From a virus (Duplodnaviria; Caudoviricetes): a stretch of DNA of 61,718 nucleotides. This document shows positions 9,723 through 17,299 of the stretch, one piece after another. A program made the translations under genes and the position numbers. The notes below the pieces were generated by a model. It made no database searches and had not been told where the DNA came from. It saw nothing but the letters and a program-made list of their open reading frames with translations. The first letter of the stretch is position 1. Each line of letters starts with the position of its first letter. The DNA lies in IMG/VR virus record IMGVR_UViG_3300025324_000012, positions 1-61,718 of that record; one strand, written 5' to 3'.

Positions 9723-9841
9723 AAAAAGCGAACGATTCTGATCTTTGTTAGGGTGTAAGATCTATTTTACCAATTTACACCATAACCACAGTTTGGTATA
9801 TTCTGTGCTAACAAAGATCAGAATCCTTCGCTTGCTTCCAT
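9723..9841 (-). ncRNA. Candidate structured RNA B: three-way junction with complementary loops
   Basis: 26-bp stem 9726-9751/9808-9833; two inner hairpins; UACCAA and UUGGUA loops; promoter just upstream and U-tract downstream. Confidence 0.7.
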
Positions 9842-9847
9842 TCCTTA

Positions 9848-9876
9848 AGCATACCTTAAGGCTAAGCAAAAGTCAA
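9848..9876 (-). promoter_or_regulatory. Sigma70-like promoter
   Basis: TTGACT-N17-TATGCT. Confidence 0.7.
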
Positions 9877-9893
9877 GGTATTTCTTTGGGAAA

Positions 9894-9936
9894 GGGGATG
9901 GCATAAAATGGTATCATGCCACTTTTTGTCATCCCC
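9894..9936 (-). terminator. Hairpin or terminator after 9942..10160
   Basis: GGGGATGGCA...TGTCATCCCC stem with TTT downstream on the minus strand. Confidence 0.6.
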
Positions 9937-9941
9937 GCGCC

Positions 9942-10160
9942 TTAAAGATTCCGCCATTGAATGCCCGAAATTGTCTTTCTTGCCTCTTTTGGGTTCGACG
10001 GCGCAAGGTTAATCGACGCCGCTATCATTTGTGCACCGTAGTGAAGCTCTAACTTTTGAGCTTCCCTTGCAATTAGTGCAGCAATCTGGGCCATTTCGCC
10101 TATTGGTGACTTGAAGTCGGCGTCGTGAACTGCCCAGTAGCAGTCTCTCATTCGTGGCAT
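9942..10160 (-). CDS. Hypothetical early protein
   Basis: GAGG RBS; TGATG coupling. Confidence 0.7.
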   Translation of the reverse strand: MPRMRDCYWAVHDADFKSPIGEMAQIAALIAREAQKLELHYGAQMIAASINLAPSNPKEARKTISGIQWRNL

Positions 10161-10336
10161 CAGATTTTCCTCGTCGGTTTTAGGATCAGCTTGTGGCTGT
10201 CCATGGTGGGTTTAGATACAGAGCACAAGTCAATGAAATGCCCTTGCTCGTTGATTGTGATTTGTGTCCACGTATACTTGTCATAAGTCGGCAAGTAAAT
10301 GCGAGTCCAGCCCCTGTTGTCTCGGTCGTATCTCAT
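10160..10336 (-). CDS. 58-aa hypothetical protein MRYDRDNRGW...
   Basis: Own translation; AGGAGGTGAGG RBS; coupled to the next ORF. Confidence 0.65.
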   Translation of the reverse strand: MRYDRDNRGWTRIYLPTYDKYTWTQITINEQGHFIDLCSVSKPTMDSHKLILKPTRKI

Positions 10337-10460
10337 GTGATTTTCCTCACCTCCTTTCCTGACGTTAGAAACATCATTCCACGCTCAACTACGATTTTGT
10401 ATGGTTACCCTTTCTTGAAGTGTAGCATGTTGAGCGTGGGATGATATTCCCACGAAAGTA

Positions 10461-10558
10461 TGCTCAAAACTAGACTCAAGGTTCTTCTCTCATTCTGCGC
10501 CTACGTGGGTAGGCGACTTACAATATGAGCCAGTTTCGCTTGAGTCTAGTTTTCAGCA
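10461..10558 (-). ncRNA. Candidate structured RNA C: 20-bp closing stem with nested rod
   Basis: Arms 10461-10480 and 10539-10558 (one G.G mismatch); inner CTCAT/ATGAG and CGCCTAC/GTAGGCG stems. Confidence 0.5.
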
Positions 10559-10559
10559 A

Positions 10560-10739
10560 CTAGCGGATTATCAAATTCCCGATGAACAAGCCAACGTCTT
10601 TCACGTCGTTGACATACGCTGCGCGCACAATAACGCCGCGCTTATCCTCAGTAACACGCCGACCAACCATTGCGTCTTTGTCAGGCTTTGGTTTGGGTGT
10701 GTAGAGTGAGTTGATGATTCTCTCAACGTCTGTTTTCAT
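10560..10739 (-). CDS. 59-aa hypothetical protein MKTDVERIIN...
   Basis: Own translation; AAGGAGG RBS. Confidence 0.7.
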   Translation of the reverse strand: MKTDVERIINSLYTPKPKPDKDAMVGRRVTEDKRGVIVRAAYVNDVKDVGLFIGNLIIR

Positions 10740-10786
10740 TTAGATTATCCCTCCTTCGCGCATCCCATTTGAATGCGCGATATTGC

Positions 10787-11146
10787 TTACTGCTTCGCCT
10801 GAGCCTTTGTTGGCTCAGCGGTTAGACCAGTGTAGTCAAACGCTGATTCCGTTTGGGAACCGATGCCCAGGGCGAAACGTACTTTCGCCTGTGTAGCTTC
10901 CGACAGTCCCTCCTTCGCCATGCGCAGGAGTACAATGCCCTCCAAGCGCGCGGTTTCGGATTTGACCTTGCTCTCGATGGCTGCCTGCACTAGGCCGGCG
11001 ACATCATTTCTGGACCGTGCCGCTTGCAGCAGCTTGCCTAAACGATTCACCGTGGACATGCCGAAGATCACTTCGATTGCTTTGAGCAGAATCTGGTCAC
11101 GTTCGTTACGTTCGTTCATGGTAATCCTCCAGGTTTGATAGTACAT
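10787..11146 (-). CDS. Hypothetical early protein (probable start MNERNE at 11119)
   Basis: GGAGG RBS before the internal ATG. Confidence 0.75.
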   Translation of the reverse strand: MYYQTWRITMNERNERDQILLKAIEVIFGMSTVNRLGKLLQAARSRNDVAGLVQAAIESKVKSETARLEGIVLLRMAKEGLSEATQAKVRFALGIGSQTESAFDYTGLTAEPTKAQAKQ

Positions 11147-11219
11147 CCGTTTAATGGGATGCCCGAAGGAAAGATAATCCGTTAGTATGCCCTTTGCGCA
11201 GGGTATACCTGCGCTAATT

Positions 11220-11597
11220 TTACTTCACCGTCCAGGCTCCGCAACCGCTGATCTTGGCAACGCGACGTTTCTGTACCTGTGCGGGAATGACCTGTTCCGT
11301 TTCTTCCCATTCGATCTTACACGTTTCAGTCGGGGCGTTCTGTGTTCTGAATTGCAGTTTAACGCCGTCGACCTCGCAATGCATTGAGAATGTACCTTGG
11401 TCCTCGTCGAAGTGTTTCTCGTACTCCCCCACTTTAGGGAGATTTGTGAAGTCCTCGACGTAGACGACAGCCTCGCAAGCGTACTCGTTAGTGTATCCTC
11501 TTGCGTCGGTTAGATTGAGCTTTTCGAGAACAGCCTCAATCCGGTTAAGGTTGCCAATGCACTTGGCAAAATACTTGATATTGTTGCTTATGTTCAT
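11220..11597 (-). CDS. Hypothetical early protein (start revised to MNISNN)
   Basis: GGAGGG RBS before ATG 11597; the longer track ORF extends into regulatory DNA. Confidence 0.7.
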   Translation of the reverse strand: MNISNNIKYFAKCIGNLNRIEAVLEKLNLTDARGYTNEYACEAVVYVEDFTNLPKVGEYEKHFDEDQGTFSMHCEVDGVKLQFRTQNAPTETCKIEWEETEQVIPAQVQKRRVAKISGCGAWTVK

Positions 11598-11899
11598 ATA
11601 CCCTCCGTAAAGGGCATACTTTGATCGCCCGCTCGTCGCGACGGCGATATGCTTTCTGCGTAGGATTTTAACCTGTGTGTTCGTCGGCATTGCGCCGCTC
11701 GGTTCGGGTTGTACCATTACAGTAGCAAGCCAATGGCCATGTTTTCGACTACCATTAGTTGTAGTACTAACTGTTCTATTACCGAACAGATTGTGTCTAC
11801 TAAGTAGTAACAGCGCCATATAACCCACATTGTCCGGCCCATGTTTGTATCTTATTGATTCTGTTAGAGCTAGAGTGGGTCAAATTACACAGTACCATG

Positions 11900-12070
11900 C
11901 GCCATTCCACGCACATACCATTACTAGTGGTACTAGTACTGGTAGTACCACTAGTGGTTGTAGTTATCGTGGAGTAATAGTACTAGTACATTGTCTGAGG
12001 GGTACTAGTACCCCCCTGGGGTAGGGCGCGGGTTCCACGCAATTCTATAAAAAATTTTACTTTTCTAGTT
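11900..12070. repeat. Palindrome cluster (TACTAGTA/ACTAGT) plus GC block and A/T run at the strand switch; candidate packaging or terminus region
   Basis: 13-bp perfect inverted repeat 11923-11935/11943-11955; 16-bp palindrome 11999-12014; lies upstream of the packaging operon. Confidence 0.55.
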
Positions 12071-12210
12071 TGGGTAGTGGAAAAAATAATCCACCGCCAG
12101 TAACATAGTTACCCCTTTAATTGTTCGGTTTTCTTGTTCGGGGTGACAAATAAGGGCCAAACTATTGAAAACAACTGACTTATATTGTCATTGACTTTGA
12201 ATGTAACTCT

Positions 12211-12564
12211 ATGATACTCTTTAAGGCAATGGGAGCATTCCCTCTAGGCAATCCACAGAACCTTGAGCTATTGAAGCGTGCAGCAGGGCTGTTGATTCTG
12301 CGTGGCAAGCCTTTTACCACGGTTGGTGATTTTGAAGGTTTGGCAGTTTTAGCTCCTGCTGTTCCCGTCGTATCATCAAACGTAAAGGTGGTTGGACCTT
12401 ACTACGTTGGGAATAAAATGGATATCACGTTTAGGGGTGGGAGACTCTATCGTTACTCTGATATTAGTATGGCTGAGTATGAAGCATTGTTAGTATCGCC
12501 TTCTAAGGGACAATTTGTCAACGGTAGAATCGCTTACTCTTATGCTTATGAGAGGCTGAGTTAA
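12211..12564 (+). CDS. KTSC-domain protein (probable start 12229)
   Basis: VSSNV...F.GG..YRY.....Y..L...SKG.F.N signature. Confidence 0.85.
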   Translation: MILFKAMGAFPLGNPQNLELLKRAAGLLILRGKPFTTVGDFEGLAVLAPAVPVVSSNVKVVGPYYVGNKMDITFRGGRLYRYSDISMAEYEALLVSPSKGQFVNGRIAYSYAYERLS

Positions 12565-12770
12565 TGTGGCTAACCTTGGAAGAGGCAATCCGTCGCTTGA
12601 ACAGTCCCAAAAACGTGGCTTCTATTTCGCCTGTATCAAATGTTCCGCCATACACTTTTATGCCCCTGGGGAGTTCTGGGAAGAGCTCGAATTCAAGTGC
12701 CCGTGTGGAGTTAGAGTCAAAACAGGAGTCAACGTTAAAAGATACGACGGCAGCATTCGCCGGGGAGTAA
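12564..12770 (+). CDS. Hypothetical protein
   Basis: TAATG coupling with GAGG RBS. Confidence 0.5.
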   Translation: MWLTLEEAIRRLNSPKNVASISPVSNVPPYTFMPLGSSGKSSNSSARVELESKQESTLKDTTAAFAGE

Positions 12771-12779
12771 GGTGGGCTA

Positions 12780-13217
12780 ATGTCGGCAAATAACATGGAA
12801 ATTGGTAATGTGCCTTTGGGACTGAATAAAAGTTACTACCATTGCTGGGATTATGATGAAAAAGAAAAACTTATAATTCCTTATACGGAAGATACCCCTC
12901 TTATTTATAGGGGTTGGAATGTTTTTTGGACTGGTTGGAAGTCTACTCATTTAAGCACGCGTCAAGCTGGTCAATGGTTAGCTTGGCCACCGGTGGAATT
13001 ATATAAGAGTGGATTTAGGAAGCAGTATGTTTCCTGTGTTCCTGGAGAATGCAGAGAATATAGTAAAGGGGAAGAATTTGATATTATCCCCGAAGGGGAG
13101 CAAATTCCCATTGCTGGAGAAACTTCCCAAAAGGACGCAGGGGTAATGGTGGAAAAGGGTTTAGAACGGCTTAAGAAATTGCTTGATACTGTTCCTGTTT
13201 GTGGGGAAATAAAATGA
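12780..13217 (+). CDS. Hypothetical protein, paralog of 15249..15656
   Basis: Shared Y[RK]G....W[ST]G.........G.WLA block. Confidence 0.75.
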   Translation: MSANNMEIGNVPLGLNKSYYHCWDYDEKEKLIIPYTEDTPLIYRGWNVFWTGWKSTHLSTRQAGQWLAWPPVELYKSGFRKQYVSCVPGECREYSKGEEFDIIPEGEQIPIAGETSQKDAGVMVEKGLERLKKLLDTVPVCGEIK

Positions 13218-13780
13218 GCACAGCAATTCAAGAATATGACTTCATGGAGAAGATACGCCGAGAAGGTTTTGGCGACAGATTTTTCGATTTTATTTCCAAC
13301 AGGTCGGAAAAGCGCTTTAAGCTTCTTCTAACTGCGCTGAAGGATAAGCAGTATAAGTCAGTTCCTCTTCCTAGTTTATGTAAAGCAAGTGGTATTGACA
13401 TGACCGAGTTAGAGCGGTCATGGATTGACTTTAATAGGCAGCGTGGACTAGTCCGTATGGCCTCTCAATTACCTGACGTAATGGACGACGTTGCCGTCGA
13501 CGCAAGATCCGTCGTCGTTAAATGCAGAAATTGTGACGGTTTGGGACGGCTAGAGAATCAGCCTGAATTTCCTGAATGCCCAATTTGTGACGGAAGTGGA
13601 AAAGTACGTCGAATTGGCGATAAACATTCGAGGGAATTGCTGTTTGATACTATGAAATTGACCAGCAAGGAACCGCTGGTAAATATTAATAACAATTTCT
13701 CGTTAGAGTCAATCGTTGGTGATGCAAGTAAAATCCTTCGCAGCAATAGCGAAGTGATTGACATACAACCTGAGCCCTAA
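13214..13780 (+). CDS. terS: Putative terminase small subunit with DnaJ-type Zn finger
   Basis: Upstream of terL; CRNCDGLG and CPICDGSG; VNINNNF...VIDIQ tail. Confidence 0.5.
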   Translation: MSTAIQEYDFMEKIRREGFGDRFFDFISNRSEKRFKLLLTALKDKQYKSVPLPSLCKASGIDMTELERSWIDFNRQRGLVRMASQLPDVMDDVAVDARSVVVKCRNCDGLGRLENQPEFPECPICDGSGKVRRIGDKHSRELLFDTMKLTSKEPLVNINNNFSLESIVGDASKILRSNSEVIDIQPEP

Positions 13781-13814
13781 CGACGCATTTTTGTGCTGGT
13801 TTTGGTAGGAAAAA

Positions 13815-14042
13815 ATGACCTTCAAGTTCTTTCGTCTAAGAGGAATTGAACGTGAACTCGCTAAATTGAATGCTAATTTAGAGCTAATTATGATTCACTC
13901 TCTAGGTATAACACCACACTCGACGAAGAAGGTCACTTCGTTGGACGTTGAGGAAACGACAGTAGAATACTTAGACGAAGGTGACGATTTCGAGCGAGAA
14001 ATTAAAGAAAAGTTAGGTCGGGTCAAAGAAACGGTCGAATAA
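13815..14042 (+). CDS. Hypothetical protein
   Basis: AGGA RBS; operonic. Confidence 0.65.
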   Translation: MTFKFFRLRGIERELAKLNANLELIMIHSLGITPHSTKKVTSLDVEETTVEYLDEGDDFEREIKEKLGRVKETVE

Positions 14043-14043
14043 G

Positions 14044-15249
14044 ATGTATTCTGATCTTGTTTCATACAAACAAATTGAGAAGTTAGAGGCAGCCTCGGGC
14101 ATAAAGCTTGCCCGAACTGACTTTAAGCAAGTAGCTGAGTGGAAATCTCGTCTTGGTGAAGTTAAGCGTGACCTCACGACCGAAGAACAGTTCTTCGTTC
14201 GCAACGAGACCTTAGTTTCGATGCTCGATTTTAACTATTGGGCACCTCGTTATTGCTACATTGACTATGATGGCTCTGAGGGTGGTGGAATTGGACCCTT
14301 GAAGCTATGGGATAGTCAAATAGTAATGATGAATATTGTTGCCCGCGCCGAGGAGCGAGCTTTTGAGGCATTTAATCGTCAGGAACCAACCGATGGAGTG
14401 CGAGTAATAGACCATAAAGCGCGGCAATTGGGTGGGACTGCCATAGCCCGCGCAATGACGACTCATCGTCTTACCCTCCACAAAGACATACGTGCTATGT
14501 CAGCATCCGTTGATGAAGATAAGATCAAAGAACTTTACGATCGTGATAAGATCATCTACGACAACCTCCCTTGGTGGCTAAAGCCTTCCCTCGATAAGAA
14601 AGAGGGTGGATATGATGTTAAAGCACAGCATATTCACTTTGAGGGGCTTCATTCCCGAATCCTTTACCAGCACTCGCAACAGAAAACAGGAATGGGTGTA
14701 GGTCGTCATTGGGACATTGCCCACCTCACCGAATGCAGCGCCTGGAAAGCTCCTGAAATGGATATTGAGTTAAATTTCTTTCCAGGACTTTCTCAATACT
14801 GGATGACGTTGTGTATCCTAGAATCCACTGCGCTGGGCAGGGGAAATTGGTGGCATGACTTCACTGAACGCGTCCGTAGGGGTAAGATTCCTGGTTGGTC
14901 TTACTGTTTTGTCCCTTGGTATGCAGAGGGGAAGAAGTATCGCAGACAGCCTCCTAAAGATTGGGTTCCAGATCCTCTATCTCTAGAACATGCTAAGCGT
15001 GTTTATGCCACGTCAATGGAGTTCGTTGGCAAGCAGGTTAGTCTCCCCTGGGAGCAACTTTATTGGTATGAGACTACTCGTAGGCAGTATCTTGAAGGAA
15101 ATAAGCTAAACCATTTCCTTACTTCTTATGCGTCAACTCCTGAGGAATCATTCCAGCATACTACTCAAAGTGGATTCAGTACTCAAATACTTGAATGGGC
15201 TGATCTTCATACTAAGATGGGGCAGCCTTTTGAATTGGAGGTTGCTTAA
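14044..15249 (+). CDS. terL: Terminase large subunit, ATPase part
   Basis: KARQLGGT Walker A, HLTE Walker B, ESTA coupling motif, F.PWY and YASTPEESF. Confidence 0.9.
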   Translation: MYSDLVSYKQIEKLEAASGIKLARTDFKQVAEWKSRLGEVKRDLTTEEQFFVRNETLVSMLDFNYWAPRYCYIDYDGSEGGGIGPLKLWDSQIVMMNIVARAEERAFEAFNRQEPTDGVRVIDHKARQLGGTAIARAMTTHRLTLHKDIRAMSASVDEDKIKELYDRDKIIYDNLPWWLKPSLDKKEGGYDVKAQHIHFEGLHSRILYQHSQQKTGMGVGRHWDIAHLTECSAWKAPEMDIELNFFPGLSQYWMTLCILESTALGRGNWWHDFTERVRRGKIPGWSYCFVPWYAEGKKYRRQPPKDWVPDPLSLEHAKRVYATSMEFVGKQVSLPWEQLYWYETTRRQYLEGNKLNHFLTSYASTPEESFQHTTQSGFSTQILEWADLHTKMGQPFELEVA

Positions 15250-15656
15250 TGTTACGACGTGGATTTTTGTCAGCTTTGGTTGCACCTGCTGTTTTGGCAG
15301 CAAAATCAATACCAGGTAAAGAAGATTCCGACGAATTTTTGTATAAAGGCCTCAAGATCACCTGGTCCGGCTTTTTACCTTCACAGTATAGCGTAGAATT
15401 GGTTGGTTATTGGTTAGCGCTGCGTCCTGATGGATATGGTCTGTATGCTACTACAGGTGGTTTTGGTCAGTTTTATACTCCTTACATGACTATGGATTTA
15501 CGTGTAAGCCATAATTTTCCTAGAGTGACAGCGCAGTCAAGCAATTTAGATAAGCAACAATGTAAAATGCGAGCACGTAATAATATTATTAAAATGTGCA
15601 ATAACCCAGAGGATTTTGAAGGCTCAGACAAGTGGTCTGCTGAGGAAATTGAGTAG
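15249..15656 (+). CDS. Twin-arginine-signal protein inserted between the terL halves
   Basis: MLRRGFLSALVAPAVLA N-terminus; GGAGG RBS; coupled at both ends. Confidence 0.8.
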   Translation: MLRRGFLSALVAPAVLAAKSIPGKEDSDEFLYKGLKITWSGFLPSQYSVELVGYWLALRPDGYGLYATTGGFGQFYTPYMTMDLRVSHNFPRVTAQSSNLDKQQCKMRARNNIIKMCNNPEDFEGSDKWSAEEIE

Positions 15657-16480
15657 TGAGCAACGTCCAACCATACACGATTGGTTCTCAAGTTTTAGTA
15701 CCTAATTTGAGCCCACAGAATTACGACCAAGATCCGAGAGGATATATCTGGTTGTGGGAGAAACCAATCCATACAGCAACATACGTGATGGCCATTGACC
15801 CGTCAGTTGGACGTACAGGTTGGTGCCGTGCTACACGAACAGAAGACGATTATCGTACAGATAATGGTGCTATTTTCATCATGCGCTGTGGTGTAAATGG
15901 GTTACCTGACACACAAGTAGCTGAATATGCTGGTCCTGTTGATGCAGAAGAAATTGGCACTATTGCCAACGCATTAGGGCGTCTATACGCGGGCAAAGAG
16001 GAAATGGCAATCTGCATCATTGAAATGTATCCCGGTCCTGGCCTTTTAACATATAGGCGAATGATGGATCTAGGATATACCAACCACTTTGTATGGAAAT
16101 ACCTCGACAACGCAGGTGGAGCATTAAAATTCGGTTTCTGGCCAGGGAGGGAATCTAATAAGTACCTCTGGATTAGAGCCTCTCGTCACTTTCATAATAA
16201 GGGACTTGTAGTTAAATCCCCCTGGCTTGTTGAGGAAATGCGTAATTGTGAAGTAGATCCAGTTAAGATGTGGGGCCGCGCCGTATATGGCACGCATGAT
16301 GACCGGGTGCGTGCCATGATGATGGCGTTGTGGGCAGCACATGACTGGTCAATGCAGGTAGATACAGCTACGCCCGTAGTTACAGAGGGTAAAGTAGTAG
16401 ATTGGCAACGCTCAGACATTACTGCTGAACAACTAGCAGATGCCTGGGAGGAAAGATTCTTAGAACTTCAAGAGGCTTAA
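15656..16480 (+). CDS. terL: Terminase large subunit, nuclease part
   Basis: YVMAIDPSVG, D.GA, IE..PG.G and HDDRVRA RNase H-like acidic motifs. Confidence 0.88.
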   Translation: MSNVQPYTIGSQVLVPNLSPQNYDQDPRGYIWLWEKPIHTATYVMAIDPSVGRTGWCRATRTEDDYRTDNGAIFIMRCGVNGLPDTQVAEYAGPVDAEEIGTIANALGRLYAGKEEMAICIIEMYPGPGLLTYRRMMDLGYTNHFVWKYLDNAGGALKFGFWPGRESNKYLWIRASRHFHNKGLVVKSPWLVEEMRNCEVDPVKMWGRAVYGTHDDRVRAMMMALWAAHDWSMQVDTATPVVTEGKVVDWQRSDITAEQLADAWEERFLELQEA

Positions 16481-16917
16481 TGACTTCACCAATTTCAGTC
16501 CCTAACAGTACTAGTGCAAGCCCAATTACACCAAGTTTAACAAGGGTAATAGTTCTCCTCCCGAACGATTTGATTGAGGCTTATGTCAAACAGTCTGTCA
16601 AGCAAGGATCTTCACTGGAGGAAGTCCTAACTGATCGTTTGCGATCATGTGTAACACATGAACCTGGGCGGAATTTGTTCTTCAATCCAAAACAAAGAGA
16701 AGCGGTAGAGATTATCCTCAATTCAGGCCCACTTACCGCAGAAAGAGCCATTTCTGCACTACGTCGTGCCCTATCTGTAGTAGTTGCTGGTGAGATTGTG
16801 GAATTATCTCCTGGCCTGATAGATAGACTGAGAAGTAGACATTTTGATGGTAAGTTCTCTGATTTTGTTAAAGCTCAGGTAATTAAGGGCTTGGAAGAAT
16901 TTACAGGATTAAGCTAA
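16480..16917 (+). CDS. Hypothetical protein
   Basis: Coupled ORF with GAGG RBS. Confidence 0.7.
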   Translation: MTSPISVPNSTSASPITPSLTRVIVLLPNDLIEAYVKQSVKQGSSLEEVLTDRLRSCVTHEPGRNLFFNPKQREAVEIILNSGPLTAERAISALRRALSVVVAGEIVELSPGLIDRLRSRHFDGKFSDFVKAQVIKGLEEFTGLS

Positions 16918-17294
16918 TGCCAGTGCATAATGTTGTATGCGTGGAGTGTGGTGAGGTAGTAGAAGATCTCGCTTGTAAAGAGTGGCCAGATGAGATTTTG
17001 CACCTAGATCACAATCATGTTGGGAAATTTGAGATCCTTTGGAGCACCGGAAGCAAGCAGTTAGCTTCCGTTCATGCAAGTGAACGAGCAGTAGTGTGGT
17101 ATCATCCCAAGCACGGGTATAGATACCCAGGGCGCAACGACGTCCCTATGCCAGAAGGTTATAAGCGGGACGGCTTTGTGAGGCAAGAGCTGCCTCACCT
17201 CTCGGACTTAAAGCAATTAGAAAAGGAAGCTGGAGTCTTATCTGAAACAGTCCACTTTGATAAGGGGACAGGTCGGGACTTCATGGGGAATTAA
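16917..17294 (+). CDS. FmdB-like Zn-ribbon protein
   Basis: MPVHNVVCVECGEVVE N-terminus. Confidence 0.55.
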   Translation: MPVHNVVCVECGEVVEDLACKEWPDEILHLDHNHVGKFEILWSTGSKQLASVHASERAVVWYHPKHGYRYPGRNDVPMPEGYKRDGFVRQELPHLSDLKQLEKEAGVLSETVHFDKGTGRDFMGN

Positions 17295-17299
17295 GGTTA

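Noticed and set aside
10481-10538. Hammerhead ribozyme (CGAAAC present)
   Set aside because: No CUGANGA core in the required position.
8313-10558. Retron msr-msd, DGR or CRISPR mini-array explanation for the repeats
   Set aside because: No reverse transcriptase in the genome; the repeats are inverted and unrelated, not regularly spaced direct repeats.
11598-12024. N-terminal extension of ORF 11220..11828 and ORF 11830..12024
   Set aside because: They run through palindromic regulatory DNA without an RBS; a strong RBS precedes ATG 11597.
15249-15656. Group I intron or intein in terL
   Set aside because: The gap is fully coding with coupled starts and stops, the frames differ, and no intron core, intein or homing-nuclease motifs are visible.
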